The position numbers were made by a program, and so were the translations under genes. From an uncultured Rivularia sp. (GTDB lineage Bacteria; Cyanobacteriota; Cyanobacteriia; Cyanobacteriales; Nostocaceae), in contig OY762007.1 of the NCBI GenBank assembly GCA_963665115.1, positions 5,760,001-5,824,000 of the forward strand: DNA of 64,000 nucleotides, in the 5' to 3' direction. The notes under the pieces were generated by a model. It was not told the DNA's origin. It ran no database searches and saw nothing but the letters and a program-made list of their open reading frames with translations. The number at the start of each line of letters is the position of its first letter. The first letter of the stretch is position 1. Below, one piece after another: positions 10,870 through 22,131 of the stretch.

Positions 10870-12024
10870 TTAAATAATCCCCAATACAAACTCACCTTCA
10901 TTAACTGCTTGATTAGCAGAAACATCGTACACAAATCCATCTCGAACGGCAAAAATATCTACCGTTGTCGGTAATTTACCTTGTTTATTAAAACTAAGAA
11001 TTTGATAAAGCTGTTCTCCTGCTTTTACTTCTGTTCCAAGGGCAATTCTTGAGTTAATCATTCCACCAACAGTTGCGTAATATTTTGTAGCTTTACTTTT
11101 AGTTTTAAAACTCATTTGATTATTTTTTGGTGGAAAATCATCTAATTTAAAATCCTTAGATAAAACACCCTTTTGTTTTAAATAATTTTTTATCCCTCGA
11201 ACACCTTTTGAAACTGAATCGGGAATCATTTCCATTCCTCTACCAAGTTCAAGCGTCCAAGCCTCTACATCAAATTTTATAGTTCTACCTAATTGTTGAA
11301 AATATTTTTCCAATGCTAGCCAAGGTTTAATAAAAGCTTCGTCAAAAGCATCTCCGTCATATTCATCTAATAAAATACCAAAATCGAGCAGGAAAAATTT
11401 AGCGCTTTCTTCTCTATTATTAAAATAATAAAGATAGTCTAAACCTTGATTTGTGGAACTATGAATATCAATCAAGTAATCTGCATCTACGCTTAGAGAC
11501 TGTAATTTGTAGCTAAACTTTTCCGTATAAGGTACTCCACTATAGGAATTAATATCATCTGAAAGCTTGACAAATTGTTGCTTTATTGCATCTAAAAAAT
11601 TATTTCTAATCTGCTCTAAATCTAGATCGAGTTGAGATTGAGCGAATGCTAATAATTTATTTTCACTATTACTGCTAACTTCGGATATATCTTTCTCATA
11701 ATCCCAAAAAATACGATTCCAATCTTTAGCTTCATAAGCACAATATCTACCAGAAGAAAAGTGATGAGAGCGTTGATTAGTTCCCATAGGATTACAAACA
11801 GGAAGCAGCCAGACTTCTCCAATTAAATCCGTATTATCCAACATCCATAAAAACTCAATTAGCTGATGAATAACAGCATTCCCCACAATTTCCGCACCAT
11901 GAAGATTTGATTGAATGTAAACTTTTTTGCCGGGATTAGCACCGATAAATTTGTAAACTTGTAGCGATAAAATATCGCCAGAAGCCATTTGACGTAAAGG
12001 AATTGTGGAAATAATAGGGAGCAT
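10870..12024 (-). CDS. Succinylglutamate desuccinylase/aspartoacylase family (M14-like)
   Basis: 'HGAE', 'NRIF', 'DIHS', C-terminal lipoyl-like domain. Confidence 0.88.
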   Translation of the reverse strand: MLPIISTIPLRQMASGDILSLQVYKFIGANPGKKVYIQSNLHGAEIVGNAVIHQLIEFLWMLDNTDLIGEVWLLPVCNPMGTNQRSHHFSSGRYCAYEAKDWNRIFWDYEKDISEVSSNSENKLLAFAQSQLDLDLEQIRNNFLDAIKQQFVKLSDDINSYSGVPYTEKFSYKLQSLSVDADYLIDIHSSTNQGLDYLYYFNNREESAKFFLLDFGILLDEYDGDAFDEAFIKPWLALEKYFQQLGRTIKFDVEAWTLELGRGMEMIPDSVSKGVRGIKNYLKQKGVLSKDFKLDDFPPKNNQMSFKTKSKATKYYATVGGMINSRIALGTEVKAGEQLYQILSFNKQGKLPTTVDIFAVRDGFVYDVSANQAVNEGEFVLGII

Positions 12025-12172
12025 TAATGATTAGAAATTATAAATCCTAAATTTCCAAATTATCTTTTTTTAGGACTTACGCATAGCCCCCCTTCGATCC
12101 ATCGCTGCCGTTTCAATACCTAAAATACTTGTACCATCAACGATTAAGCTAATTGAAAAGCATTTTTAGTTA

Positions 12173-13072
12173 CTAATTCCAAATATTCCCTTGTTTAACC
12201 ATAAAATCAATAAAAGCTTGAATGCGTGGTGAAACCAATCGTCTATCTAAATAAAGTGCGGTAAAAGGAACTTCCGGTGGTCTGTAATCAATTAAAATCT
12301 CTTCTAAAATCCCTTCTTTTAAAGCATTAATAGCCATAAATCCGGGCATCTGACTGATTCCTATTCCCAGCATCGCAGTCTCTCCCACTGCTTCACCATC
12401 GTCAATAGTTAACATCCCTTCAAGAATTCTGCGTTCAACCTGCCCGTTAATAGTAAAAAACCAAGGCATCAAACGACCAGTTTTTCGGTTGCGAAAGTTT
12501 AAGCAGTTGTATTGCTTTAGCTCATCTGGATGTTGCGGTTTTCCATACAAATCAAGATATTCAGGAGTAGCACAGGTAATTAAAGGATCGAGAAACAACT
12601 TTCTCGCCATCAGATTGGCACTATCAGCCAATGTTCCTACGCGAATTGCTACATCAACACTTTCAGCAGCTAAGTCTACATCTATATCGTCAAGGGAAAG
12701 TTCTACTGATATTTGGGGATAGATTTGAAGAAATTGAGTAATGATTTTTGTACCCCACATTCGGCCGTAAGCAGCAGACATACTAATTTTCAATTTTCCT
12801 TGTGGTTCCCTTGAGCTATCTTTTAACTCTTCGGTAAGAGTATTAATTTCATTTAAAAGTCTTTGAGCAACTTCGTAAAACCTTTCCCCTTCAGGAGTTA
12901 GACCAACACTGCGAGTTGTTCGATGCAGTAATTTCACTCCTAACTCTTCTTCTAATTTGGCTACTGCTTTACTAGTTGCAGGTGGAGAAAGATTTAATTC
13001 GTTCGCAGCTTCAGCAAAGCTTCTAGTTTGGGCAACTCGGATAAATATTTTGATGTTACTTAAACTCTTCAT
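12173..13072 (-). CDS. LysR-type transcriptional regulator (CrgA-like)
   Basis: HTH 'SFAEAA..L..S..A.SKAV..LEEELG..LL.RTTR'; divergent from the oxidoreductase operon. Confidence 0.95.
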   Translation of the reverse strand: MKSLSNIKIFIRVAQTRSFAEAANELNLSPPATSKAVAKLEEELGVKLLHRTTRSVGLTPEGERFYEVAQRLLNEINTLTEELKDSSREPQGKLKISMSAAYGRMWGTKIITQFLQIYPQISVELSLDDIDVDLAAESVDVAIRVGTLADSANLMARKLFLDPLITCATPEYLDLYGKPQHPDELKQYNCLNFRNRKTGRLMPWFFTINGQVERRILEGMLTIDDGEAVGETAMLGIGISQMPGFMAINALKEGILEEILIDYRPPEVPFTALYLDRRLVSPRIQAFIDFMVKQGNIWN

Positions 13073-13088
13073 TTCTCTATTAGTGAAA

Positions 13089-13113
13089 AAAAGTAAAGAA
13101 TGAATCTACTTTT
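13089..13113. promoter_or_regulatory. Candidate operator (AAAAGTA-N11-TACTTTT) in the divergent LysR promoter
   Basis: 7-bp inverted repeat in the 105-bp intergenic region. Confidence 0.35.
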
Positions 13114-13177
13114 AAGCTATTTATCTTAATTTACTTTGAAATTATTCTGTATTTAGAAACAATTATTAAATCAAAAT

Positions 13178-13687
13178 TTGACTGTGAATCCTCAACAAAC
13201 TTTCGATGCTATTTCTCAATCAGAGCAGATTGGTCGCCAAATCTATAAAGGCTTTAACGAACGTAAATTAGACCTCTGGGATGAAGTTGTTGCACCAGAT
13301 GTAGAAGTTCGTAGCAGCGTTGGTACGATGCCTATGACTGGTTTAGAAGCACTCAAAGGATGGGCTGCCCAATTCCATTCTGGATTTCAACCCCGACTCG
13401 ACCTTGTAGATGAAATTTATGGTGTAAATCGCGCTACCATTGCTGTCAACTTGAATTGGAAGCATGACAAGCAATTTTTCCACCTTGAACCTACAGGTAG
13501 GATAGGTACTTCAATTGAATACTTTATTCTCTGGATTACTGATGGAAAAGTGACGCGCTTTTGGGTTGCAGATCACACGATGGATTTGACCATGTATTTA
13601 ATTCGCGAACGAGGAATGCACTATCCTCAGAATTTTGTTCCAGAACCTATTATTCGTGGTGAAGAGCCTAGCAAGTTTGCGCTCTAA
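13178..13687 (+). CDS. SnoaL-like ester cyclase/NTF2 family protein
   Basis: 'LDLWDEVVAPD', 'EPTGR', 'DGKV..FW' pattern; TTG start uncertain. Confidence 0.75.
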   Translation: MTVNPQQTFDAISQSEQIGRQIYKGFNERKLDLWDEVVAPDVEVRSSVGTMPMTGLEALKGWAAQFHSGFQPRLDLVDEIYGVNRATIAVNLNWKHDKQFFHLEPTGRIGTSIEYFILWITDGKVTRFWVADHTMDLTMYLIRERGMHYPQNFVPEPIIRGEEPSKFAL

Positions 13688-13729
13688 GACAGTGAATTCG
13701 ATGGATAAATTACATTAGGAATTAATCTC

Positions 13730-14746
13730 ATGGCTAAAATCGTTCGTTTTCATAAACCTGGTGATGCCAGCGTTCTGCAACTCGAAGACGTTCCCGTACA
13801 AGAACCCGGTTTTGGTGAAGTACGTATAAAAGTAGAAGCTTTTGCTTTGAATCGAGCCGAAGTTTATTTTCGCCAAAACCAATACATTCATCCTCCTTCA
13901 TTACCATCTCGGATTGGTTATGATGCAGCAGGAATTATCGATGCAGTAGGTGAAGGAGTAACAAATATTGCTGTAGGCGACCGCGTTTCAACTTACCCTG
14001 CTTTTAATCAAGGAGACTATGGAGTATATGGCGAATGGGCAATTGTGCCTGCTCATGCCGTACTGCAATATCCCGATCGCCTTTCTCCCCAAGAAGCTGC
14101 AACTACAGGCGTACAGTACATGACAGGCTATTTTGCGCTGTTTGAATACGGACAACTCAAAGCAGGCGATCGCATTTTGATTACCGCCGCTAGCAGCAGC
14201 ACGGGTGTAGCAGCGATCGGTCTGGCTAAAGCTGTGGGAGCTACTGTAATTGCTACCACACGCACATCCGCAAAGAAACAACAGCTAATTGATTTGGGTG
14301 CCTCTAAAGTAATTGCTACTCAAGAAGAAGATTTAGTTGAATTAGTGCGCGATATAACTGATGGTAAAGGTGTTGAAGTTATCTACGATCCAATTGCTGG
14401 GGGAATGCTAGATGCGTTTGCTCAGATGATTTCCCCGACAGGTGCAATTGTTCTTTATGGAGCGCTGGATTTATCTCCCATCACCTTTCCCCTGTTTCCG
14501 CTGTTAATTAAGGGAGCGCGGGTTTATCCTTATAAAGTTTTTGATTTCACAGGGCTACCCATTCTAAATTTGCCAGTGCAGCCCGAAGCTGTTGAGCGAG
14601 CCAAAGCATTTATCGTTAACAAGCTTAAAGATGGTTCGCTTAAACCCGTAATTGCCAAGACATTCCCACTTGAGCAAGTCGCAGATGCCCATCGTTATAT
14701 GGAATCTAACCAACAAGTAGGCAAAATTGTTGTCACCACCTACTAA
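13730..14746 (+). CDS. MDR-family NADPH:quinone oxidoreductase-like protein
   Basis: 'ITAASSSTG', C-terminal 'AHRYMESNQQVGKIVV'. Confidence 0.92.
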   Translation: MAKIVRFHKPGDASVLQLEDVPVQEPGFGEVRIKVEAFALNRAEVYFRQNQYIHPPSLPSRIGYDAAGIIDAVGEGVTNIAVGDRVSTYPAFNQGDYGVYGEWAIVPAHAVLQYPDRLSPQEAATTGVQYMTGYFALFEYGQLKAGDRILITAASSSTGVAAIGLAKAVGATVIATTRTSAKKQQLIDLGASKVIATQEEDLVELVRDITDGKGVEVIYDPIAGGMLDAFAQMISPTGAIVLYGALDLSPITFPLFPLLIKGARVYPYKVFDFTGLPILNLPVQPEAVERAKAFIVNKLKDGSLKPVIAKTFPLEQVADAHRYMESNQQVGKIVVTTY

Positions 14747-14826
14747 TAATCTTTTTCATCAATTTCGACCATCCGTAGTGGGAGCGTCTCGCTCCCTGGT
14801 AACAATTAAGCAGCTAAAATCTCTTC

Positions 14827-15420
14827 TTATCTCCAAAAATCGGTAATAGAATACCCTATCTCCAACAACATTAACCGCAATAAAGGTAAACTCAAACCAA
14901 CTACATTACTGTAACAACCTTCTATTTTCTCTACAAAAACCGAACCTTTACCTTCCAATGCAAAAGCACCAGCACATTTAAGGGGTTCTTCCGTAGCAAC
15001 ATAAGCATTGATTTCAGCATCGCTCGCCGAAGCAAAATAAACTTTCGTCACTTGATGCTTAACTAAAGTGCGATTTTGAACGTTATCAACAAAAACGTGT
15101 CCAGTATAAAGTTCGCCGTAATTACCTCGCATCATCAGCCATCGCTGACGTGCTTCTTCTGGAGTCGCAGGTTTACCATGAATTTCGCCATCGATCGCTA
15201 AAACTGAATCGCAACCCATAACTAAAGCAGTTTGAAAATGTGGTGCGACAGTTTCAGCTTTGCGTAAAGCCAGAGTTTCCACCAATTCTGCTGGATTTTC
15301 AAGTTGAATCTGCGACTCATCGAAATTGCTCGCGTAAACAAAAGGTTGAATCCCGACATTTTGCAGCAAACGACGACGCGCAGGTGAAGCAGAAGCAAGG
15401 ACAAAAGTTGGAGTACCCAT
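14827..15420 (-). CDS. maf: Maf nucleotide pyrophosphatase
   Basis: '[12 protein letters not shown]', 'GCDS', 'CAGAF', 'NVVGL'. Start placed at MGTP because the upstream extension lies in repeats. Confidence 0.93.
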   Translation of the reverse strand: MGTPTFVLASASPARRRLLQNVGIQPFVYASNFDESQIQLENPAELVETLALRKAETVAPHFQTALVMGCDSVLAIDGEIHGKPATPEEARQRWLMMRGNYGELYTGHVFVDNVQNRTLVKHQVTKVYFASASDAEINAYVATEEPLKCAGAFALEGKGSVFVEKIEGCYSNVVGLSLPLLRLMLLEIGYSITDFWR

Positions 15421-15622
15421 ATTTTTAGAGGAGATGGGGAGACAAGGGGACAAGGGGACAAGGGGAGGAGGAAGAGGGGGAGAAAGAGGGAGAAAGATTT
15501 ATAGATGGTTAATAGATGGTTATTTGTAGTGTCTGCTCCGCAAGCTCCCTGATTGTTTCCAATTACCAATTACCTATTACCTATTACCTATTACCTATGC
15601 CCAATCCCCAATCCCCAATTGA

Positions 15623-16172
15623 TTAATCGACGCGGAAGGAACCTACAGAATCTTGAATCATTCGTTTCATGCGATTCCAACGTCTTTGGGGTACTGAAGC
15701 GTTGAAGGTAAATAGCTTACCGCGACTGACGGCGACGCTAGCAAGGTTGTGACGCTCTCGGTTGTTAGGAAAATTGACTAAATACTCTAATAAATAATAG
15801 GTTTTACCATCTTCGCCTTGTGTTTGTTCGGCGTTTACTAATTCTGCTGTACGATTAGAGCCTTCGGGAGCAAGAGCATTTTTTCCTAACTTATATCCGA
15901 CTTCTGTTGGGGTACCTAATTCTGTTAAAGTTTGATTTGAGGGAACCGGACTCATGACTACAGATACGTTTTCAGTTGTTTCGATGAAATCGTGAAAAAC
16001 AACATCGGGGGCCGTTATTTATGTCTACTTCTACCCAACCAGTAGGATATAAGAATTGATAGCCGTCAGTTGAGTCTATATAACTGTTAAGTGCGGCGGC
16101 GGTTGCTGTACCAATATTAGTCAGGCACAGGCTAAATACTAAAAATAAAGTAATTGAAATTCGTTTCCACAT
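15623..16172 (-). CDS. psbP: CyanoP/PsbP, split by one extra base at 16007-16011
   Basis: Signal peptide, 'DGYQFLYPTGW'; after correction 'GPDVVFHDFIETTENVSVV' and 'SRGKLFTFN'. Confidence 0.9.
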
Positions 16173-16242
16173 TGGTTCTAGTTCCTGAATAGCTGGAAAT
16201 AATGCTCCCCGTAAGGGTAATTTCTCGTTTTATTGTCCCACG

Positions 16243-16674
16243 TATGCTGACAACTTATGAAGTTCGATGGTTTAGCTCGGGAATATTCCTTTATATATTG
16301 AATCTTGGTTTAAGCACGGTTGCTTATTGTCACCCACAAAAGTACCAGAAAAAAGATAAGATGTATATCTTTACACGCCTGGATGCGATTACTTAGGAAT
16401 TAAATTACGTCAAGGAGGATTAGAAATCAAATGGCGTTATTTAGAAAAAACCGCGATGCAGTTTGGTTCTCTAGTAAAAGGTAATGTTGAAAAATGGAAA
16501 AAGTGGCGATGTGCGGATTCTAGTGAAGAAAGTTTTTCTCTTCAACAAATTGGTGATAATCCTGTATGGGTAAAAGTTGGAAAAGTTCGTTACTCGCAGC
16601 TTTATCAAGTTGTGGAGAAAACACTACAAGCTGTTTTTAATGATGCGGGTGTAGATTTGAATGCAGCCGAATGA
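16243..16674 (+). pseudogene. Degraded CYTH-like hypothetical gene
   Basis: 'MLTTYEVRWF', then a missing base near 16280, an in-frame TAA (EKR*DVYLY), 'LGIKLRQGGLEIKWR', and an apparently truncated 3' end. Confidence 0.65.
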
Positions 16675-16824
16675 GTAATTCCACCAACAAAAAAATTTCA
16701 TCAAAACTGGTTGTATAAAAAATTAGGTGTTATAACTGATATTTCTGCATCTCAGCTACCCAATTTCCAATTTTGGTTTTTGGAGTAGAAGCTAATAAAA
16801 TCAGGTCATCAGGAGACATCTACT

Positions 16825-17817
16825 ATGCCTTTAAAAAATTACGGTGTTCTCAAAGGTAAGGCAATTGACAGAAAGTTAGGAAGTGGTAATAACCCTCACT
16901 ACCAGGTACTGATCGATACAAATGGAGTAAAGCATCGCATCGCTGTCAATGTAAAGTCAAAGCTCAGCCCTTCGGAATTACTGTATTTTGTAGACGATAA
17001 TTTTGAGCATCCAATCACTCAAGAATTGGTTAAATTGGATTACGGGTTTAATCACTTAGATCGAAAACCCGGCGGATTAGCTTTGGACTACGTTCGAGGT
17101 AATATGTTCGATACAACTCAGATGAAACCATTACCTCACGATGTTCCTGGCCCCGATAACGATTTAAATGAATTAATTGAACTGTATGTAGGGCGATCGC
17201 AAAGTAGCGAAGATGCTGTTATCTACGCTTTTGGTGAGAAATGGGGGCCAGAAACCGACACCAAAGACAAATATTTTGATTTTGTTCCCGGTAACGGTAT
17301 TCATGACATCCATATGAATCAAGGTAGTGTCGGTAGATTCCAAAAAGATAATGGAGTTTGGCAAGATGGTGGTTTGTTAATTCACTATCCCAACCGCGAA
17401 CAATGGGTCGGTATTTTCTTAACTTTCCAATCGCAATCTTTCCATACTGACGATAAGAATGGTGACAGATTAGACTCTTTACTTGCTGCTAGTACTGCGG
17501 ATATTCGCATTTTAGCTGCTTTAGTTAATCCAGTAGGTAGCGACCGTAACACTGAAACGGTGACTTTAATTAATACCTCAACAGATAAAGTTGATTTAAG
17601 TGGATGGGCACTTACCGATTACGACAAACGCAAACATCATCTAGATGGCGCAATCAATCCAGGCGAAGTATTACAGGTGCCTTTAGTTAGTAACGGTATT
17701 TCTCTAGAAAATAAAGGCGGTACAATTACCTTGCTTGATAGACAAGGTATCAAAATTGACGGCGTTTCCTATACAAAAGAAGACGTACAAAAGGAAGGTA
17801 AAACAGTTGTGTTTTAG
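16825..17817 (+). CDS. DUF2278 (YukJ-like) fused to a lamin-tail domain
   Basis: 'MPLKNYGVLKG', 'GIHDIHMNQG', 'WQDGGL'; C-terminal 'ETVTLIN...VDLSGWAL' LTD. Confidence 0.88.
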   Translation: MPLKNYGVLKGKAIDRKLGSGNNPHYQVLIDTNGVKHRIAVNVKSKLSPSELLYFVDDNFEHPITQELVKLDYGFNHLDRKPGGLALDYVRGNMFDTTQMKPLPHDVPGPDNDLNELIELYVGRSQSSEDAVIYAFGEKWGPETDTKDKYFDFVPGNGIHDIHMNQGSVGRFQKDNGVWQDGGLLIHYPNREQWVGIFLTFQSQSFHTDDKNGDRLDSLLAASTADIRILAALVNPVGSDRNTETVTLINTSTDKVDLSGWALTDYDKRKHHLDGAINPGEVLQVPLVSNGISLENKGGTITLLDRQGIKIDGVSYTKEDVQKEGKTVVF

Positions 17818-17881
17818 TTAGTTGTTAGTTGTTAGTTGTTAGTTATTTATTACTATCCACTAACAACTATCCAACATTAAT

Positions 17882-19271
17882 TCATCGCGCTTGCAAAACA
17901 ACTAAAGTCATATCATCGTTGTTTTGTCTATCTGAACCGATGAATTGCTTAATTGTATTAAAGAGACAATCAAGTATTTCTTGTGGATCTTTGTAATTTC
18001 TGCAAGCGTTACTAAAAGCGATTATTAGGTTTTCTTCGTCGAAACGCTCGCCGGAAGGGGAAGCGGCATCTGTTAATCCGTCAGTGTAATAAATAATTGT
18101 ATCCCCCGGCTCTAGGTATACCTGACCGTTTTCGTACTGACTGTTGGCTTCTAAACCGATAAGCATTCCATTGGTATCCAATCTGCTGACGGTTTTGGTT
18201 GCAGCGTGCCACCATAAAGGGGGATTGTGTGCGGCATTACTATAAGATAAAAGCCGTTTTTGCGGGTCGTATTCCGAGTAGAATAAGGTAATAAAGCGAC
18301 TAGAATTATCCAAATCTGCATACATAACTCGATTCAAGTTTTGCAGAATTCGGGCTGGAGAATTTAGGTGTAATACCTCACCCCGTAACATTCCTCGCAT
18401 CATCGTCATAATTAAACCGGCAGGTACGCCTTTACCCATGACATCCCCGATAACCATAGCCCAACGGTTGGCTTCAGTATCATCCATACCTTTCCCTTTA
18501 ATCATCAAATTATGATTCGTGGGGATAAAGTCGTAATAGTCTCCGCCGACATGATTTGCTGGTTTACATCTGGCAGCTAAAGCTACACCGGGAATATCTG
18601 GACATTGACGGGGCAAAAGTCGCCGCTGGATTTCTGCACCAATTTCTAATTCTTGATCGAGACGTTCTTTCTTGCGTAACTCTACTCCTAATTCATCATT
18701 TTCAATTGCAACCGCAGTTTGATCGGCTACTAAACGGACTAATTTTTGTCTAGTTTCCGTCCAGGTATATTCCGGGGTCCCTGCTTAAAACATAAAGCCA
18801 CCCACGTTCCTTGTGTTTAACCAGAATTGCAGTACCAAAAGCTTGCATATCTGGCCCCAAACAACGATGCATCTGAGCATCTAACATACCAGTCGCGGTT
18901 GCTAAGGGTGTGGCGTTTGTTGGTAAGGAAATTTTACTGCTGGCTGCTTCTAATGCCTTACGTATATTTTTGCGCTGGCGGCTATCTTGCCAATGTAGCT
19001 GTTCCAATCGAACTTGACCATTTGGTTTGTAGAGAAACAAGGCGCTACCATCAGCATCCGTTACTCTAGTTGCCATCAGCGGTATTAGTTCCAAAAACTG
19101 ATTTAAGTTGTTGAAACTCCGCAGAGCAAATCCTAAAGACGAGAGTAAATCTTGGATTTTATTCTGCTCCCGATGCAGCCGTGCCACAAGTTCTTTGAGT
19201 GCCACCACTGGAGTGACATCTGTTGGGGCACTGCTATTACTTTGTGCTGGTTGGGAAGGCAGTTGAGACAC
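17882..19271 (-). CDS. GAF + PP2C/SpoIIE serine phosphatase, split by one extra base at 18774-18777
   Basis: 'VGGDYYD', 'GDVMGKG', 'YTDGL', 'DDMT'. Correction gives a continuous SRDPEYTWTETRQKL...LPRQC. GTG start inferred. Confidence 0.9.
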
Positions 19272-20127
19272 AGGCGATTGTATTATATTGCTCTTTATAA
19301 TTTGACGCTTAGCAGATAATTGATCGATCAAATAATTTCAAAGTAATGCTAAACCATATTGAGACAAGGTTTACAAGTTTAGCAAGAGTAGAAAGACAAT
19401 TAGAGTAAATTTTATAACTATTTTCTTGTTTGATTTGTTTTGTTAATTTGTATAGATTTCTTATGAGCAAGGGTTTGGAGTTTAATCCCAATTTGTCTCT
19501 CGCTCGGAATATTTCTATCTCATTACAAGTTTTTAATTTTTTCATAACTTTATTCTCAAATCATATACCTTCGGACATAAAAAATATACATCTTAACGTA
19601 TTCGGGCTATATGCAGTTTTTGAACGCTAATTTAGGTATGTCCATATGGGGTCATAGCCTTTATGGGTGAGAGACTTACGCTCCTAATATCATGAATGTA
19701 AATCAATCAATTAAGATGTTATCAACAGTATGACTTAGGAGAACAAAATTACGTATCAAATCTAGGGAAAGTATACCCTAAGACCTTCAAATAAAAACTC
19801 AATCAAGATATTTTTTTAAATCATTACGTTTTTGTCTTGTATTTCCTCCTAAGAATATGTTTGTAGGTATAGCTAATAAAGAACTATTTAACAAGTGTCA
19901 AATTTTCTTATAGCTCAACTAGTATAAATATCTTTCCCTCATCTGTGAGGGAAGATAACATATAAGTGGAATAATTCCCAATTCTTCTCAGAAAGACTTT
20001 ACTTTCTTTTGAATAAATACCCTCGCAAAACAAAGACTTACGACGAAGGTTAAATTTATCCTGCGTAAGCCTCTATATGGATTATTGCTTTGTATAACCG
20101 ATTAAACTCAGGTAACAATTAACCTGC

Positions 20128-21879
20128 TTAACCGCTAAGCAATGCTTCCACAAATTCGTAACTGGAAAAAGGACGTAAATCTTCCATACCTTCACCAGCC
20201 CCGATAAAGCGAATCGGTAAACCTAGCTGTTGTACCACTGCAAGAGCAACTCCTCCTTTGGCAGTTCCATCTAGCTTTGTTAAAACTACACCGCTAAGTT
20301 CGGCCGCTTGAGAAAACACTTCCGCTTGTCGCAATCCATTTTGACCTAATGTAGCGTCTAGAACCAACAGTGATTCTACTTTGGCATCCGGAGCTTTTTT
20401 CTTGATTATTCGCCGGATTTTACTTAGTTCCTCCATTAAGTTTTTCTTATTCTGCAATCTTCCTGCGGTATCTACTAGTAATAATTCAGTATTTCGCGAC
20501 TGGGCAGCAGCGATTGCATCAAACACAACTGCTGCTGGATCTGTATTTTTCCCTGGGTTTGCAATTACTTCAACGCCGCTTCTTTCACCCCAAACCTTTA
20601 CCTGCTGCACTGCTGCGGCTCGGAAGGTATCTGCTGCGCCAATCAAACATTTATAACCAGATTTATTCGCCAGATGAGCTATTTTACCGATAGTAGTAGT
20701 TTTACCCGCACCATTTACCCCAGTCATCAACCAAATATTGAAACTTTCTTTATCTGGAGTAAAAGCAGGGGATTCGGAATCTTGCAGGGGTTTATCAAGG
20801 ATATCCCGTAGAATTTTTTTCAAGTAAGCGATACCTTCTTCAGGTGGTAAAGCTTCTTGACGTAGTTTTTCCTGCAAAGCATTAATAATATAATCAGTAG
20901 CTTCTATACCTACATCGGCTTGCAGTAATAAAGCTTCGATTTCATCTACGGCATCCGCATTTAAAGGTCCTTTTCCGACAATGGCTTTAAGCTGGTTAAC
21001 TACATTACGACGAGTTTTATCTAAACCTTGCCGCAGCTTTTTCAGCCAGTTAATTTCTTCAATCGAAACGTCTTCAGCACGTCTACCTTGTGCTGCAAGG
21101 ACTTCCGTAGACCATAAAAAGCCTTCATCAAATGCTAATTCTGGTGTTTCTTCAACTGCTTCAACTGGTTGTTCGCTGATGTTACTCGATAGCACTGCTG
21201 GCTGTTCTACCTCGGAAGTGTCAGGTACTTCTATTGCACTCTTCACAAGTCTTTCCTGCCTAGCTTCTCGTTCGGCTCTGGCTCTTTCCAAGAAAGATAA
21301 CGGTGCTGCTGGCTGCGATATTTCTTCCGTTTCGACTTCAGATATTACATCTTCCTTAATCACCTCTGCATCTGGTGTTTCTACTTCCGATACAGTAGTT
21401 GCCGTAGTTTCTTCTGTTTGCGGCTGTGTACTTTCTTCCACAACTTCTTCAGATTCAGAAATTACTTCAGTTGTTTCTTGAAGAGATTCGGTAACATCTT
21501 CAGATTCGGAAATTACCTCGGTTGTTTCTTGAGGAGATTGGGTGACTTCTTCAGATTCAGAAATTACCTCGGTTGTTTCTTGAAGAGATTCGGTAACATC
21601 TTCAGATTCGGAAATTACCTCGGTTGTTTCTTGAGGAGATTGGGTGACATCCTCAGATGTTTCTTCAACTTCAGCACTTACCTCAGTGGTTTGTTGCTTA
21701 TCTTGAATATTTTTGTAAGCAGCTTTAGCAAAAGCCAACAAATCTTCCGTCGTCTCAGCCGGAGGAGATTCTGGAGTTGATTCTGTACTTACTTCTTGTT
21801 CAATCTCTTGTTCCTGCTTCTGTTCGGAAGAAGCATCGGAAGACTTTTTGTTTTGACGGCGGAACCAATTAAAAACCAT
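20128..21879 (-). CDS. ftsY: SRP receptor FtsY
   Basis: GVNGAGKTT, DTFRAAA, DTAGR, TKLDGTAKGG; acidic N-terminal domain. Confidence 0.98.
   Translation of the reverse strand: MVFNWFRRQNKKSSDASSEQKQEQEIEQEVSTESTPESPPAETTEDLLAFAKAAYKNIQDKQQTTEVSAEVEETSEDVTQSPQETTEVISESEDVTESLQETTEVISESEEVTQSPQETTEVISESEDVTESLQETTEVISESEEVVEESTQPQTEETTATTVSEVETPDAEVIKEDVISEVETEEISQPAAPLSFLERARAEREARQERLVKSAIEVPDTSEVEQPAVLSSNISEQPVEAVEETPELAFDEGFLWSTEVLAAQGRRAEDVSIEEINWLKKLRQGLDKTRRNVVNQLKAIVGKGPLNADAVDEIEALLLQADVGIEATDYIINALQEKLRQEALPPEEGIAYLKKILRDILDKPLQDSESPAFTPDKESFNIWLMTGVNGAGKTTTIGKIAHLANKSGYKCLIGAADTFRAAAVQQVKVWGERSGVEVIANPGKNTDPAAVVFDAIAAAQSRNTELLLVDTAGRLQNKKNLMEELSKIRRIIKKKAPDAKVESLLVLDATLGQNGLRQAEVFSQAAELSGVVLTKLDGTAKGGVALAVVQQLGLPIRFIGAGEGMEDLRPFSSYEFVEALLSG
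21442..21657 (-). repeat. Intragenic 51-bp tandem repeat in ftsY (four units plus a partial)
   Basis: 17-aa units SE[DE]VT[QE]S[PL]QETTEVISE in alternating A/B order. Confidence 0.92.
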
Positions 21880-22034
21880 TGCAGCAAATAACGTCGGTTA
21901 TTAAATAACTTTAATTAATTATTATTAAACGAAAAGGGAAAGAGTGATGGGGGGGGGACAAGGAGAGAGGGGAGAGGGGGAAGAGGGGGAAGAGGGGGGA
22001 GAGAGGGTAGAGGGGGTAGAAAAAACTTTTTAAT

Positions 22035-22130
22035 TATTAACTACTCGCTACTTACTACTTACTACTTACTACTTACTACTTACTACTTACTACTTACTAC
22101 TTACTACTCACAACTCCTAACTCCTAACTG
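22035..22130. repeat. STRR array (CTTACTA)n / (CTCCTAA)n
   Basis: Tandem heptamers between nusB and ftsY. Confidence 0.9.
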
Positions 22131-22131
22131 T

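Noticed and set aside
15222..15569. 115-aa ORF overlapping maf
   Set aside because: Built from STRR and purine-rich repeats plus an alternate frame of maf.
19309..19630. Two short ORFs in the AT-rich ftsY-PP2C gap
   Set aside because: No recognisable motif and they overlap on opposite strands; probably chance.
20381..21780. Plus-strand ORFs inside ftsY, and similar ones inside htpG, eno, metH, hpsA and the symporter
   Set aside because: Antisense or alternate-frame shadows of well-supported genes.
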